DNA of 64,000 bases from an uncultured Nitrososphaerales archaeon (lineage in GTDB: Archaea > Thermoproteota > Nitrososphaeria > Nitrososphaerales > Nitrososphaeraceae), in NCBI GenBank assembly GCA_963713605.1, contig CAVQMO010000001.1, forward strand, positions 992,001-1,056,000. The letters run 5' to 3'. Under the pieces are notes generated by a model. That model had not been told where the DNA came from. It ran no database searches and saw only the letters and a list, made by a program, of their open reading frames with translations. The position numbers and the translations under genes were made by a program. This document shows positions 10,708-21,588 of the stretch, in pieces. Each line of letters opens with the position of its first letter. The first letter of the stretch is position 1.

Positions 10708-11709
10708 CTATTGTCGAGTAAACTCAGGCTTTCCTTTGTTCCATGGTACCCGCTTTTCTAAGTAGATGACAATAGCCATGTATAGTAGTATCCATGGAAT
10801 AAACATTATTTCACCGATAACAGAGTGGAATTCTTCCCAACGACTCAAGTTTGAGTTCGGATCTAAAGCGTAAAGAGAAAGTAATGTAATTCGAATACTA
10901 TTCACTACACAAGTCAATAATATTCCTGAAAATAAATAGATCAATGTTCTCTTCCATGGAATGGAAGTCTTAAGTAAAAAAGCGAACATTACGAGGCCAA
11001 AGATAACGATACTGTGAACACCTGCAGAAGGCCAGTAGACCTTCATCACAAATGGGCCATCTGCGCTATACAGCACCAGGGTGTTATTAAAAGCCTGAGA
11101 AGTGAACTCCGTTTGAAGATTTAGTATTTGGCTGATTAAATCGAGAGTTCCTACGTTTAGATTGAGATAGGCGGGAACGAAAAATTGAAGGATTCCCAAT
11201 GTGTCATAAGGAAAGAGAGAATCGAGTAGCAGGATTGTAGCATAGCATATTAGAAATAGTGTAGTAGCTCCTCCGATTCTTATCCAGTTCTTATTACCGA
11301 AAATCAACACAAGGGTTATTACAAAATAAATTGCAAAAATGACATAATCCCACATTAACTTCCAGCTCTCACTTATTAGTACTCCAGCTGACCTTCCCAA
11401 ACCTGAAAGTATATCTGAAGAACCGAAAGATAGACTTAAGAAATATAGTCCAATCAAAATAGCGATGGAAATGAGCATGCTTGTTTCACGGCTTCTAATT
11501 AGAGGCCGCGACCCAAAAATTTCAATCAAAGTAAGAACGGTCGCAATCAAGAAGCCTCCTCTTCCCTCGTTCCACGTGTTTCCGAATGTAGCCGGATAAA
11601 GAACATAAGAAAGCAGAACGGGCCAGAGTAATACAATAATAATTATAATTTGATTGTATCTTTTAAAAATCAGCCCGGCACAGTAAACTTTTACCAGGGT
11701 GTATTTCAT
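10708..11709 (-). CDS. Thaumarchaeosortase (exosortase/archaeosortase family, Ser in place of catalytic Cys)
   Basis: Multi-TM; VYWPSAGVHS, VNSIRI, EEFHSVIGE match the Cys(Ser)-Arg-His exosortase pattern. Confidence 0.88.
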   Translation of the reverse strand: MKYTLVKVYCAGLIFKRYNQIIIIIVLLWPVLLSYVLYPATFGNTWNEGRGGFLIATVLTLIEIFGSRPLIRSRETSMLISIAILIGLYFLSLSFGSSDILSGLGRSAGVLISESWKLMWDYVIFAIYFVITLVLIFGNKNWIRIGGATTLFLICYATILLLDSLFPYDTLGILQFFVPAYLNLNVGTLDLISQILNLQTEFTSQAFNNTLVLYSADGPFVMKVYWPSAGVHSIVIFGLVMFAFLLKTSIPWKRTLIYLFSGILLTCVVNSIRITLLSLYALDPNSNLSRWEEFHSVIGEIMFIPWILLYMAIVIYLEKRVPWNKGKPEFTRQ

Positions 11710-11851
11710 CTGATGTACCTCAGATTAAACAGCAGATAAGGATTTTGCTATTGAAAGATTTCAACCATCGATATAGTTTTGGTTCCTAAGTCAGCACCTA
11801 GATCGCATTCATCCAAATAGTTCAATGACCTATTCTTCAACAGGTAAGCTT

Positions 11852-12436
11852 CTAGCTGCCTCTTGAAACGAGTCTGGCAATTCTCAAAGGCTCAGGAATT
11901 TTTCCTTGGATGATAAAACTATTTAATATATGAAGAGTTTGGACAGGACCTATTCCCCAACTTCGAACATATACCATCATTCCAGTTTTCAGTGTGATAT
12001 TTTCCCGAGTCCCCAAATTCCTATACGCTTCGACTCGTCTGTCTGCTTCAGATTTAGCAAAGTTATGAAAAAATCTGTCTTCAATACCCGGTGAATCTTG
12101 GTATGTTACCCCAATTACGGGTATCCCAGTCGATTCGAGTATTTTTTCTCCAGCGACAACATTGTAAAGGCTTATTATCAAACCATTAATCATAATGCAA
12201 TTGACGTCGTTCCGATTCAATTTCCTGAACAATGATATGATTTGCTTGGTGGCGTCGTCACCTCCAACCAATGTCCTTCCCAGGACAACTCCATCCACTA
12301 TCATGTCACGACGTAAAACAACCCCGCCGAGGGTTGAAAATTTCGAGTACTTTGTGAAGCTCTCCGCGATTCCGAACACACGAACGCCTTTTTTTTCAGG
12401 ATGGATTCTTTTGTGACGTTTTTCGCCGGATATCAT
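11852..12436 (-). CDS. DUF99 family protein (endonuclease V-like)
   Basis: FGIAESF, GGDDAT, NVV, C-terminal IPEPLRIA. Confidence 0.85.
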   Translation of the reverse strand: MISGEKRHKRIHPEKKGVRVFGIAESFTKYSKFSTLGGVVLRRDMIVDGVVLGRTLVGGDDATKQIISLFRKLNRNDVNCIMINGLIISLYNVVAGEKILESTGIPVIGVTYQDSPGIEDRFFHNFAKSEADRRVEAYRNLGTRENITLKTGMMVYVRSWGIGPVQTLHILNSFIIQGKIPEPLRIARLVSRGS

Positions 12437-12677
12437 CGCACCATCTAATATCCAGTCTCCCCATATTAATAGAATCCTTCAGCCAATCGAGCCACTTTTG
12501 TATGCTTACGTAAGTCTATATTCTGATATTATACTAGCAAATAGTACAGAAATTCCACACCACTATACAGTGATATACTGAGACGTATGGTAGTATAGAC
12601 AGTAGGGAATACTCCATGTACACACTATAGTAATGAAGTATATATATAGAACATAGTTGATCCATAACACTTCGTAT

Positions 12678-13506
12678 TTAGACGAACCTCTGAAGATACT
12701 CGTAAGACTTGAAGAGCAGCCTCAATAGGATTATCCTGATAAGTGTACAGTTCAACTGTAATAAAACCTTGATATCCTACCGATCTTATTGCATCAAAAA
12801 TATTCTTAAAGTTGATGGAACCTGTTCCTGGCAATAAATGATTATGCACCCTGTCGCTAGAAATGTCTGCCAGGTGGAAGTGTCCTATATAGTCAGCAAG
12901 TTGATACACAACTTCAGCAGGGTCCTCCCCTACACAAAAAAAATGTCCTAGATCACAATTTATTCCTATACTTTTAGAGTTAAAACTCTTCAGAAATTCT
13001 GTAATTTGCGATGAGTTTTCTATTATTAGTCCAGGCTCTGGTTCAACTAGAATTCTGACTTTTTCGGCCTCAGCTATCTTTACAGCCTGCTCTATGTTTT
13101 TTGCAAACAGCTTTATCAAATCTCTTCTTTCATGTGCATTAGCAGTCTGCGGGCCCCCGCCCTCAGTAGAAATATTTTTTGCTCCCAGGAGCCTGGCTGC
13201 TTTTAAGCAATTGATTGTATGCATCATACGGATTTCTGTAGAATGCATATCCGTTTCTATCCATGAAGGATGGTATACATCATTGATTGCATAGAGTGTA
13301 AATGCATTCAAGTTAGAGACCTTTAGATGTTGTTTTTCCAAAAGGTTATTCAACAATGAAAGACGGTGGTTAGGGAGCAGAGGAGGGAATAAATGCGGAA
13401 CATCACACAGAATTTCAACCCCTTCATACCCGATAGCTCCTATCTCCCTAATAGATTCCTCAAGCGAATACCGCTTGAAGGCATTTGTACTAAATGCTAG
13501 CTTCAT
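12678..13506 (-). CDS. Sugar phosphate isomerase/epimerase (xylose isomerase-like TIM barrel); C-terminal frameshift
   Basis: VEPEP, DLGH, HFHLAD, HLLPGTG, TVELY metal motifs. Confidence 0.85.
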
Positions 13507-13657
13507 GTGCAAATCTTCTCTATGCTTAATAAATCTCTTTACCACCAGCGTAAGCCCAATATATTTGTCTAACTTATGGTTAGGTGGCTATATCTTAAGG
13601 AAGCGCATCACAAAAATATCTGTCTGCAATTAATGTAGGAATCATAGTGAAGAGGGA

Positions 13658-14584
13658 GTGGATCTGGAAATTGAAAACAATATCTTAAATCTCGAGATTG
13701 CTGGCATCTCTCTGAGGAATCCTGTGATTCTTGCATCAGGATTTCTAGGGATATCTCAAGCTATCTTTGAGCGAATTTATGGTGAAGGAGCTGGAGCGGT
13801 TGTTAGCAAATCTATTAGTAGATACCCTATGGAGGGTTACAGAAATCCTACTCTCGTAGTATTGGAGAATAAGAGCTACATCAACGCGGTAGGGCTTTCC
13901 AATCCAGGACACGAGTCATTTTATGAGGAAGTTAGGACAAACGACAAAGTTCCTCTGATGGTGAGCTTAGTTGGGTCAGATCCTTCAGATTTTGAAGTCA
14001 TGACAAGAAAACTCGGTAAGTCAAGAATTATTGGATTTGAAATAAACCTATCATGCCCTCATGTTCAGAAACTAGGAATGGAAGTTGGCGATGATCCGCA
14101 AATGGTGAAATCGATAGTTGAAACCACGAAATCCAATACAACCAAGCCAGTTTTCGTGAAAGTAGGCGTAGGAAATACGAATCTACTTGATATCTCTCAA
14201 GCTGCTATCGACGCAGGCGCCGATGGAATCACAGCGATCAATACAATAAGAGCTATGAAAATTAGCATAGAAAATTTCAATCCTATTTTAAGCAATAAGA
14301 TTGGAGGGTTGTCAGGGAGTTCAATTAAGCCAATCGCTATCAGATGTGTTTATGAACTCTCAAGGAAATTTGATGTACCTATCATTGGGTGTGGCGGGAT
14401 TTCTAATTGGGAAGATGCTGTAGAGTTCATGATCGCGGGTGCGACATCGTTTCAGGTTGGAACAGCGATAGGTTTTGATGGTATGAGTATTTTTAATTCC
14501 ATAAATAGTGGTATAGTCAAATACCTTGAGAAGAAAGGTTACCAGAGTGTGAAGGAACTAATTGGTAGATCGCACAAATACTGA
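13658..14584 (+). CDS. pyrD: Dihydroorotate dehydrogenase, catalytic subunit (class 1B)
   Basis: NAVGLSNPG, EINLSCPH, INT, GGLSG. Confidence 0.95.
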   Translation: MDLEIENNILNLEIAGISLRNPVILASGFLGISQAIFERIYGEGAGAVVSKSISRYPMEGYRNPTLVVLENKSYINAVGLSNPGHESFYEEVRTNDKVPLMVSLVGSDPSDFEVMTRKLGKSRIIGFEINLSCPHVQKLGMEVGDDPQMVKSIVETTKSNTTKPVFVKVGVGNTNLLDISQAAIDAGADGITAINTIRAMKISIENFNPILSNKIGGLSGSSIKPIAIRCVYELSRKFDVPIIGCGGISNWEDAVEFMIAGATSFQVGTAIGFDGMSIFNSINSGIVKYLEKKGYQSVKELIGRSHKY

Positions 14585-15413
14585 TATTCTAAGGTATGCA
14601 CGGATAAAAAGGGTAATCGAAGAGACACCGACCATACGGACTATCGTATTTGAGGATGAGTACAGTATTGCTTCCATGCCTGGACAATTCATAATGGTAT
14701 GGATCCCGCAAGTTGAAGAGCTACCGATGAGTGTAGGGATAGAAAGGTTTGAGGGTAGTAAATTTGCGGCTGTTACTGTCAGAAAATACGGCACTGGTTC
14801 AACAGCACTCTACAAAAAACAAGTAGGGGAACTTATTGGTATAAGAGGCCCTTACGGAAATCACTTTTCGATTCCCGAGAATCTTAAGAACGCGCTGCTA
14901 ATAGGAGGAGGTACTGGGTTAGTACCGCTTGTGAGGTTGTTCAGTGACCTTCTACATGATCGGGTCCAGACTTCGATAATTATGGGAGCAAGAACTAAGA
15001 ACGAGGTACTATTCGAGCACAAGGTTCAGAAGTTGCTAACCGACAATAACCCTAAAGATAGTGTTGCATTTTCAACTGACGACGGAACTTTTGGATTTAA
15101 AGGATCGACGGTGGACTTGGCTGAGTCAGTCCTTGTTTCCAAAAAATTTGAAATAATGTATACATGTGGACCTGAACTAATGATGAAAGGAGTTCATAAG
15201 TTGGGAGAAAGATTTTCTATTCCAGTTGAGGCTAGTCTCGAGAGATACATGAAATGTGCTATCGGGATTTGCGGAAGTTGTTGTATTAGCAACAGATTAG
15301 TATGTCAGGATGGAACAATTTTCAATTCGAATAGCCTGAGACACCTTACAGAATTTGGTGTCAGTTATAGGGATAAGAGCGGACGACCCTCCTACTTCAT
15401 CTCTCAGAGCTGA
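14562..15413 (+). CDS. pyrK: Dihydroorotate dehydrogenase electron transfer subunit
   Basis: PGQF, RGPYG, GGGTG, CGPELM, MKCAIGICGSC 2Fe-2S motif. Confidence 0.93.
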   Translation: MVDRTNTDILRYARIKRVIEETPTIRTIVFEDEYSIASMPGQFIMVWIPQVEELPMSVGIERFEGSKFAAVTVRKYGTGSTALYKKQVGELIGIRGPYGNHFSIPENLKNALLIGGGTGLVPLVRLFSDLLHDRVQTSIIMGARTKNEVLFEHKVQKLLTDNNPKDSVAFSTDDGTFGFKGSTVDLAESVLVSKKFEIMYTCGPELMMKGVHKLGERFSIPVEASLERYMKCAIGICGSCCISNRLVCQDGTIFNSNSLRHLTEFGVSYRDKSGRPSYFISQS

Positions 15414-15659
15414 TAGAAAATGAAATTCAGAAACCCCTCTAGGTATGTTAATTGAATAGAGTCGACATAGTAACTCACATTGGCCTAGAGAAGTTGAATA
15501 CCTCTAAGGTTATTCATCCCTCAATCTCTAGGCCTAAAATAGTTTACCATACAAAGTTCGCTGGAAAAAAGCTCACTATCGATTGTTGAATGGGCGGGCT
15601 AAAAGAAACAAGATGAACTGTGATTCAACCGGCACCTTGGACGCGTACGTTCCATTGGT

Positions 15660-15981
15660 TTAGCCTCGCCTATATCTACGCCTTTTATTCCTGAAAGATC
15701 GTGTTTTCTTTCCAGTCTGTGGAGGCCCACCTCTATGAAATGAAAATCTAAACAATTTACTCCCTGTGGTTCTCTTGATCTGAACATTATCCAGGAGTAC
15801 CTGAAGCGTATGGTGCATCGACTGGGCCAATGAGTTCAGTTACTCTTCCAACCTTCTTACTTTCACCATCGAAGAGGTTTTCGCCAGGTTTCAACACAAT
15901 CCCGTTTCCGACCTTCAATATCATTCGACCACTCTTTGCAATGTGAATTACTTCTCCAGCTTCAATTATTGAAGACATCAC
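15660..15981 (-). CDS. H/ACA RNP Gar1/Naf1-family protein (frameshift near 15800)
   Basis: GEVIHIAKSG...VGRVTELIGPVDAPY; basic tail in the shifted frame. Confidence 0.8.
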
Positions 15982-16060
15982 TTAGATATATCCAGCATTC
16001 ATTTTTTCAGAGACTTCAGTAGCCATAATCACAATTTCCTTAGATATTCTGACACATAAG

Positions 16061-16378
16061 TTATCGTCTTTTTGTTAACTTGGTTCGATTTTGTATTATC
16101 TTTTCTGCTAACGTATTTAGAATATTGGACTTTTTCAAATTTACATTTTTTTCCAACATTACATAACCTGATCTTACATACGGCCTTCTCGGGAACCTCG
16201 CAGTTTCGTTAGTGTTGTCACTGCTTACTGTAAATCCAGCCGATTTGGAAGCATCAACTAATTCTTGAATCGAAGGATCAAAAATAGCCACATGTTTTGA
16301 TACTTTCCTCCCCTTCCTTCGAGATAAATTACGATTAAAATAATCGGTCCATACTATAACATGGTCGTAGTCCTTCAC
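16061..16378 (-). CDS. srp19: Signal recognition particle protein SRP19
   Basis: IVWTDYFN..LSRRKGRKV, FPRRP..SG. Confidence 0.9.
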   Translation of the reverse strand: MKDYDHVIVWTDYFNRNLSRRKGRKVSKHVAIFDPSIQELVDASKSAGFTVSSDNTNETARFPRRPYVRSGYVMLEKNVNLKKSNILNTLAEKIIQNRTKLTKRR

Positions 16379-16427
16379 ACTAAACTCCCTTTCTCTTGAT
16401 AGTCAATAGTACAATATTTAAACTGAA

Positions 16428-16481
16428 ATGATGATGCGCAATTATTTGATACAGTTGATGCTGCGAGAGTGAGGCGTCTGA
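16428..16481 (+). ncRNA. Candidate C/D-box sRNA
   Basis: ATGATGA (C) - 11 nt - TTGA (D') - TTGATGC (C') - 16 nt - CTGA (D), 54 nt, intergenic. Confidence 0.45.
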
Positions 16482-16549
16482 AAGTGCACAGCTATTCCTA
16501 TAGTATATGAAAACTATTTAATACAACCGGTCAATTCTGTCTACACTTA

Positions 16550-17830
16550 TTGAAACAAAAGAGCCAAAGTATCCTAATAATTGGTGGTGGAGGAAGAGAA
16601 CATGCCCTAGGCTGGAAAATTTCTCAGAGCAAACTTGTTGAAAGTGTTTATTATGCTCCTGGAAACGCTGGCACCATAAACAATGTCCAGATTCAACCAG
16701 ATGATTTCGAGAAGTTAGCCTCCTTTGCGCAAAGTAAGAATTGCTTTACTATAGTAGGACCAGAAGCGCCGATCTCTTTAGGGATTGTGGACTACTTTTC
16801 GGCCCGAAATTTAGGGATTTTTGGTCCTTCGTCAAGAGCCGCTAAAATTGAAACAAGCAAATCATTCGCGAAGGACCTGTTGCGGTCAAACGGAATTCCA
16901 ACACCACAATTTGCAACGTTCACGGACTACCAAGATGCAATAGACTACGTGTTAAAGCAATCCGAAGCCCTAGTTATAAAGGCTGACGGTATAGCAGGAG
17001 GGAAAGGTGTGATTGTTTGCGAAAATCAGGAAGAGGCGATCAATGCAATCGAAGAGATGATGATAAAGAGAATTTTTGGGGAAGCTGGTAACCGAATTGT
17101 GATCGAGGAAAGAATTAGGGGACAAGAGGTTTCCATTATCGTTCTTTCAGACGGATCTAACATCAAGGCATTTCCCACGTGTAGAGACTACAAGAATATT
17201 GCCGACGGCAACGTTGGTCCCAACACGGGAGGAATGGGCAGCTTTTCCCCGGTTCCTTACGTCAGCCAAGATATGCAGCGAAAAATCCTTGATGAAATCC
17301 TAAAGCAGACTGTCTCGGTTATGAAATCAAATTCATTGCCGTTTACCGGGTTCCTCTATGCCGGATTAATGATTGACAAGAAGGGCAAAGTAAGCGTCTT
17401 GGAATTCAATGCTAGAATGGGTGATCCAGAATGCCAATGCTTGACGGTAAGGATGGACTCTGATCTATTTGAATATCTCTCCTTCGCAGAGGCAGGAAAA
17501 TTAGACGAGCTTCCACCTCTGCAATGGAAGGACCAGTCTTCAATCTGCGTGGTGATGGCTGCAAGGGGATACCCGTCAAGGTACCAAAAAGGTCAAATCA
17601 TACACGGTTTGAAAAATGTTTATCCGAAAGATATTAACATATTTCACTCTGGTACTACGCAAGATTCATCGGGCAATATAATGACTAGTGGCGGAAGAGT
17701 GCTTTCTGTAACATCACTTGCGTCTAATTTGAGAGAGGCGAGGCAACGCGTTTATGAGGTTGCAGACCAGATTACTTGGGGTGAGAATGGTCAGTACTTT
17801 AGAAAGGATATTGGGATATATTCAATCTAG
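16550..17830 (+). CDS. purD: Phosphoribosylamine--glycine ligase
   Basis: GGGGREHAL, APGNAG, GPNTGGMG, EFNARMGDPE. Confidence 0.97.
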   Translation: MKQKSQSILIIGGGGREHALGWKISQSKLVESVYYAPGNAGTINNVQIQPDDFEKLASFAQSKNCFTIVGPEAPISLGIVDYFSARNLGIFGPSSRAAKIETSKSFAKDLLRSNGIPTPQFATFTDYQDAIDYVLKQSEALVIKADGIAGGKGVIVCENQEEAINAIEEMMIKRIFGEAGNRIVIEERIRGQEVSIIVLSDGSNIKAFPTCRDYKNIADGNVGPNTGGMGSFSPVPYVSQDMQRKILDEILKQTVSVMKSNSLPFTGFLYAGLMIDKKGKVSVLEFNARMGDPECQCLTVRMDSDLFEYLSFAEAGKLDELPPLQWKDQSSICVVMAARGYPSRYQKGQIIHGLKNVYPKDINIFHSGTTQDSSGNIMTSGGRVLSVTSLASNLREARQRVYEVADQITWGENGQYFRKDIGIYSI

Positions 17831-18415
17831 GACGAACGATTGGAAGCCCGTCTCTGTCACGACATTGTCGACCTTCACGTCGTGCCTAGAATGAGGCAGG
17901 AACCGGTTCTTTGTAATCTGAAAATCGAATGCTAGCCCAATTGCCGTCATCTGTCCTTTATTTCTAAGGAAATTATCATAGTAGCCCATTCCGTGACCTA
18001 ATCTATTACCGTGTAAATCAAAAGCGATGCCTGGGACGATCAAAAGATCCATAGCTTTGGAGACGTCAATTTCCGTTCCTTTTGGCTCCAGAATGCCAAA
18101 TTTTCCTTTAAGAAAAGAATTCATACTATACTCATCAATCTCATAAAACTTCATCGATGCTGAATCTATTACCCGCGGCACCGCTATAGTTTTCGTTTTT
18201 CTAAACCCTGCCTCAATGATCATCCGAGTCCTGACCTCTGAACCATGAGCTAGATACACTCCCAATATGTTGGATTCCTCAAAGAAACGGCTTGTAGTGA
18301 ATATTTCTTGTATTTGCTTACTCTTGCTGTGGATTTCAAGTTCAGTTAGCCTATTTCTCTTGGCTAATATTTCGCTTCGCAAGATTCTCTTATTATCAGC
18401 AATGGAAGAGCTCAA
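17822..18415 (-). CDS. 5-formyltetrahydrofolate cyclo-ligase
   Basis: FGILEP, VPGIAFD..GNRLGHGMGYYD, HDVKVD.VVTE. Confidence 0.93.
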   Translation of the reverse strand: MSSSIADNKRILRSEILAKRNRLTELEIHSKSKQIQEIFTTSRFFEESNILGVYLAHGSEVRTRMIIEAGFRKTKTIAVPRVIDSASMKFYEIDEYSMNSFLKGKFGILEPKGTEIDVSKAMDLLIVPGIAFDLHGNRLGHGMGYYDNFLRNKGQMTAIGLAFDFQITKNRFLPHSRHDVKVDNVVTETGFQSFVLD

Positions 18416-18518
18416 AGTGTGCTCAAACCATTAATCAGCTCTGAGCCCCTTTTTTATTGTACTTTAACAGAGACAAACTTCTCTTTTGATATGTAGCCTC
18501 CCTCTCGCTCGATTGATC

Positions 18519-19137
18519 TCAATAGTTGATCTGAACCATCCTTCCAGAAATCTTGACCCTCTTTTCTGTTACCATCTTAACTGCCTCTGGATAGATGAGA
18601 TGTTCATCACTCAGAATGCGATCCGATAAAGTTTCTTCGGTGTCATATGGGAAGACGGGGGTGCTCTTTTGAATGATAATAGGACCGGTGTCTAATCCTT
18701 TGTCGACAAAATGAACAGTGCAACCGCTTACTTTTACTCCGTATTCTAACGCTTGGCGTTGAGCATGTAACCCTGGAAATGAGGGAAGCAATGAAGGATG
18801 GATGTTTAGAATTCTATTTCTAAAGAGGTTGACAAATTCGGGGCTCAATAATCTCATGAAGCCTGCCAAACAAACTAGGCCATTTGTTGAAGATATACCA
18901 TATTTTTGAAGCAGTGTAAGTACCCTTCTTGTCGTACTTCCAACCTTTAAGCTCGTTATTGTCTAGAACTTCTGTATGCACACCAAACTTTTCCCTTGCG
19001 ATCGTAAGACCACCTGCTCCTGGCAGATTTGAAAGAACCAAAACTGGTTCCGCAAGGGGCAATCGCCCCTGCCAGATAGCAGTCAGGATCGCATCCATAT
19101 TACTTCCTCGACCAGATATAAGAATGGCGAGTTTCAT
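18519..19137 (-). CDS. purN: Phosphoribosylglycinamide formyltransferase (frameshift near 18925)
   Basis: ISGRGSN; AGFMRLL, NIHPSLLP, GCTVH, DTGPII. Confidence 0.93.
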
Positions 19138-19184
19138 TAATCAGTTCAGATCAAGTTGCCTGTCAGCTAATATTTATTTAAATC

Positions 19185-20333
19185 GTGGTAGGGCCGGCTG
19201 AGGTCGGATACATGCAACTATTAACATTAAAATACTTCGGCGAAGAATGGGTCAAGGCCTCTAGATTGAGAATCCAAGTTGCAATTAACGAAGGAGTACT
19301 GGCAGTTCAGGTTGGCGGAAAATCCATCTCTTTGGATCCTAAGCGAGACTCTAATTCGGATTTTACGTTTGTCTCACACGCACACACGGATCACCTTGTT
19401 TTGCGGAGAAAGAATAGTAATAGTTCGAGGAAGATACTGGCTTCACAAGCCACTGCCGTAATCGCTAATTCTAGAGGACATGACTTGGAAACACCAATAA
19501 AGACTCCTGAAGAGTACGATCTAGTAGATACAGGACATATTTTAGGTTCCAGAGGTTTTCTGATCCCTGATGAACTTTTTTATACTGGAGACATTTCGAT
19601 ACGTGAACGGGCATTCCTAAAGGGTATAAAACCACCAAAGGCTAAGAATTTGATCTTGGAATCTACTTTTGCTAGACCAGAGTATGTTTTCCCGTCATTG
19701 GAGCAGTGCATTCACGAGACCAATGAGCTTATCTCGAAAATGTATAATCGGGGGATTCCTCTTATTTTAATGGGCTATCCATTGGGAAAGGCTCAACTCC
19801 TCACTGAATTTTTCAGGCATTGGGATCCGTTAATCGTCCATGATTCAGTGGACAAGATGAACTCTGTCTATAGGCAATTGGGGATACCATTGAAAGAAGG
19901 TATGACCTTTTCACAAGCAAGGGAAAGGGGAATGATTCAACGTGGTGTACCTTGGATAATGATATCTCCTTTCATGAGTAGGGGCGCAGATCTTATCAGA
20001 ACCATGAAATCGTGTTGTAGCGCTGTTACAGTCGGCTTTACGGGCTGGGCTACAAGAGCAAGATTTAGACAGGTAATGGGTTTGGATTATGCGATCCCAG
20101 TAAGCGACCATTGTGATTTTAACGAGTTACTTGAAATCGTGAGGTACTGTAATCCTGAAAAAGTGTATACAATTCACGGATTTGCAGATTATTTTGCCAT
20201 GAAACTGCGGGCCATGGGTTACGAGGCAAAGGCTCTCATGGGGCAGAAGAAACGGAAGGGGGAGCATGTACAGCAAATAAAGAAGATACCGCTTTCAAAA
20301 AATCAAAGTCTGATTGATTCGTACTTTGACTGA
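19185..20333 (+). CDS. MBL-fold / beta-CASP nuclease-like protein
   Basis: SHAHTDH, GHILGS, YTGD, ESTF, GKAQ, SDHCD, IHG. Confidence 0.88.
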   Translation: MVGPAEVGYMQLLTLKYFGEEWVKASRLRIQVAINEGVLAVQVGGKSISLDPKRDSNSDFTFVSHAHTDHLVLRRKNSNSSRKILASQATAVIANSRGHDLETPIKTPEEYDLVDTGHILGSRGFLIPDELFYTGDISIRERAFLKGIKPPKAKNLILESTFARPEYVFPSLEQCIHETNELISKMYNRGIPLILMGYPLGKAQLLTEFFRHWDPLIVHDSVDKMNSVYRQLGIPLKEGMTFSQARERGMIQRGVPWIMISPFMSRGADLIRTMKSCCSAVTVGFTGWATRARFRQVMGLDYAIPVSDHCDFNELLEIVRYCNPEKVYTIHGFADYFAMKLRAMGYEAKALMGQKKRKGEHVQQIKKIPLSKNQSLIDSYFD

Positions 20334-20340
20334 ATTTTAG

Positions 20341-21423
20341 CTAGTCGTCTTTCTTATCTTTGAAATACGGTATGACCTTGTTTCCAAACATCTCAATGTT
20401 CTTGAAATAGCCATCGCCCCAGAAGCGTATAATAAAATGGTTAGTTCCGGCTTTGATGAACCTTTCAAGCATTTCTATTACTTCATCTGGTCTGCCCACT
20501 CCGATAGCCGACCTTGCAACACTGTCAGGAATTTTGAGAGCTGCACGTTTCATCTGCTGCATTAATTCGGGTTTGTTCATAGCGTACTCTGTAAAATACC
20601 TTCGAAAGTCAAATTCAGAATCTTGTTCGAGATTATGGACTTTAAGCAGTTCTGGTTTATACAAACTAACTTTCACTGCATTCTTCATCTTATTCCATGC
20701 TTCTTCTCCATCTTCTGTGAAGTATATATCCACGTCGTTAGCGAACTGAAAATCGTCTAGACTCCTCTCGTGTTCCTTCGCCTTTTCTACAATTACCGAA
20801 GCGTGGTGTTTGAAAAGTTCAGGTGTATATCCGATAGGGATCCATCCATCTCCATAACGTGCACACATATCCAATGTCTTTGGTGCTCCAGCTGCAATGT
20901 AAATTGGTGGGCGAGGCTTACGAATGCTCTTTGTCTGGAGGCAGGCATTTATCAGCTTGTAGTAATTCCCATCATAGCTTACACGATTGTCTGGGTCGGA
21001 ATTGAACAATCTTTCGATGACCTCTAGCTGCTCCCTGAATTTTGTCACAGGTTTCTCAAAGTCAATGCCGAAGTCTACCACGTTCTGAGCTTCGCCCGCT
21101 CCTATTCCTAGCATTGAGCGCCCTTTTGTAATCCTATCAAGGGTAATAGTGGATAGTGCAATTGTCGAAGGATGCCTCCTTATAGCATCAGTGACACAAG
21201 TGCCAAGCTCGACATTCTGAGTCACTGCCCCTATTGCCGACAGCATCAACCAGGCGTCATTAACGACCGCGTTCTTCCACTGAGGAACGTTGGAATGATC
21301 CATCATCCAAACGGAATCGTAATTCATTCTGTCCGCCATTTGACAAGCAGTCATTATCTGAGTTTCGTCTAATCCTAGTCTTGCAACGTTTAGTCCTTGA
21401 GTAAATCCAAATTTTATCTTCAT
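20341..21423 (-). CDS. LLM-class (luciferase-like, probably F420-dependent) oxidoreductase
   Basis: DSVWMMDH, LGTCVT, LGIGAG, GDGWIP. Confidence 0.88.
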   Translation of the reverse strand: MKIKFGFTQGLNVARLGLDETQIMTACQMADRMNYDSVWMMDHSNVPQWKNAVVNDAWLMLSAIGAVTQNVELGTCVTDAIRRHPSTIALSTITLDRITKGRSMLGIGAGEAQNVVDFGIDFEKPVTKFREQLEVIERLFNSDPDNRVSYDGNYYKLINACLQTKSIRKPRPPIYIAAGAPKTLDMCARYGDGWIPIGYTPELFKHHASVIVEKAKEHERSLDDFQFANDVDIYFTEDGEEAWNKMKNAVKVSLYKPELLKVHNLEQDSEFDFRRYFTEYAMNKPELMQQMKRAALKIPDSVARSAIGVGRPDEVIEMLERFIKAGTNHFIIRFWGDGYFKNIEMFGNKVIPYFKDKKDD

Positions 21424-21588
21424 TTATGATAATATTCCCCCTTCTAATTCAAAATTTTGGATATGCATATCGTTAGTAGATCCACTAAGCACATGTATTT
21501 AAAAATATTCAAAGCCCTGCTCAGGTAAATCGATTAGTTTCAAAATAACCTTTAAATAATAAAAAAGTTGTTTTTCCTTATCCTCAAA

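Noticed and set aside
12480..12660. Replication origin or repeat array in a TATA/CTATA-rich spacer
   Set aside because: No ORB-like motif or cdc6 neighbour; only short low-complexity repeats
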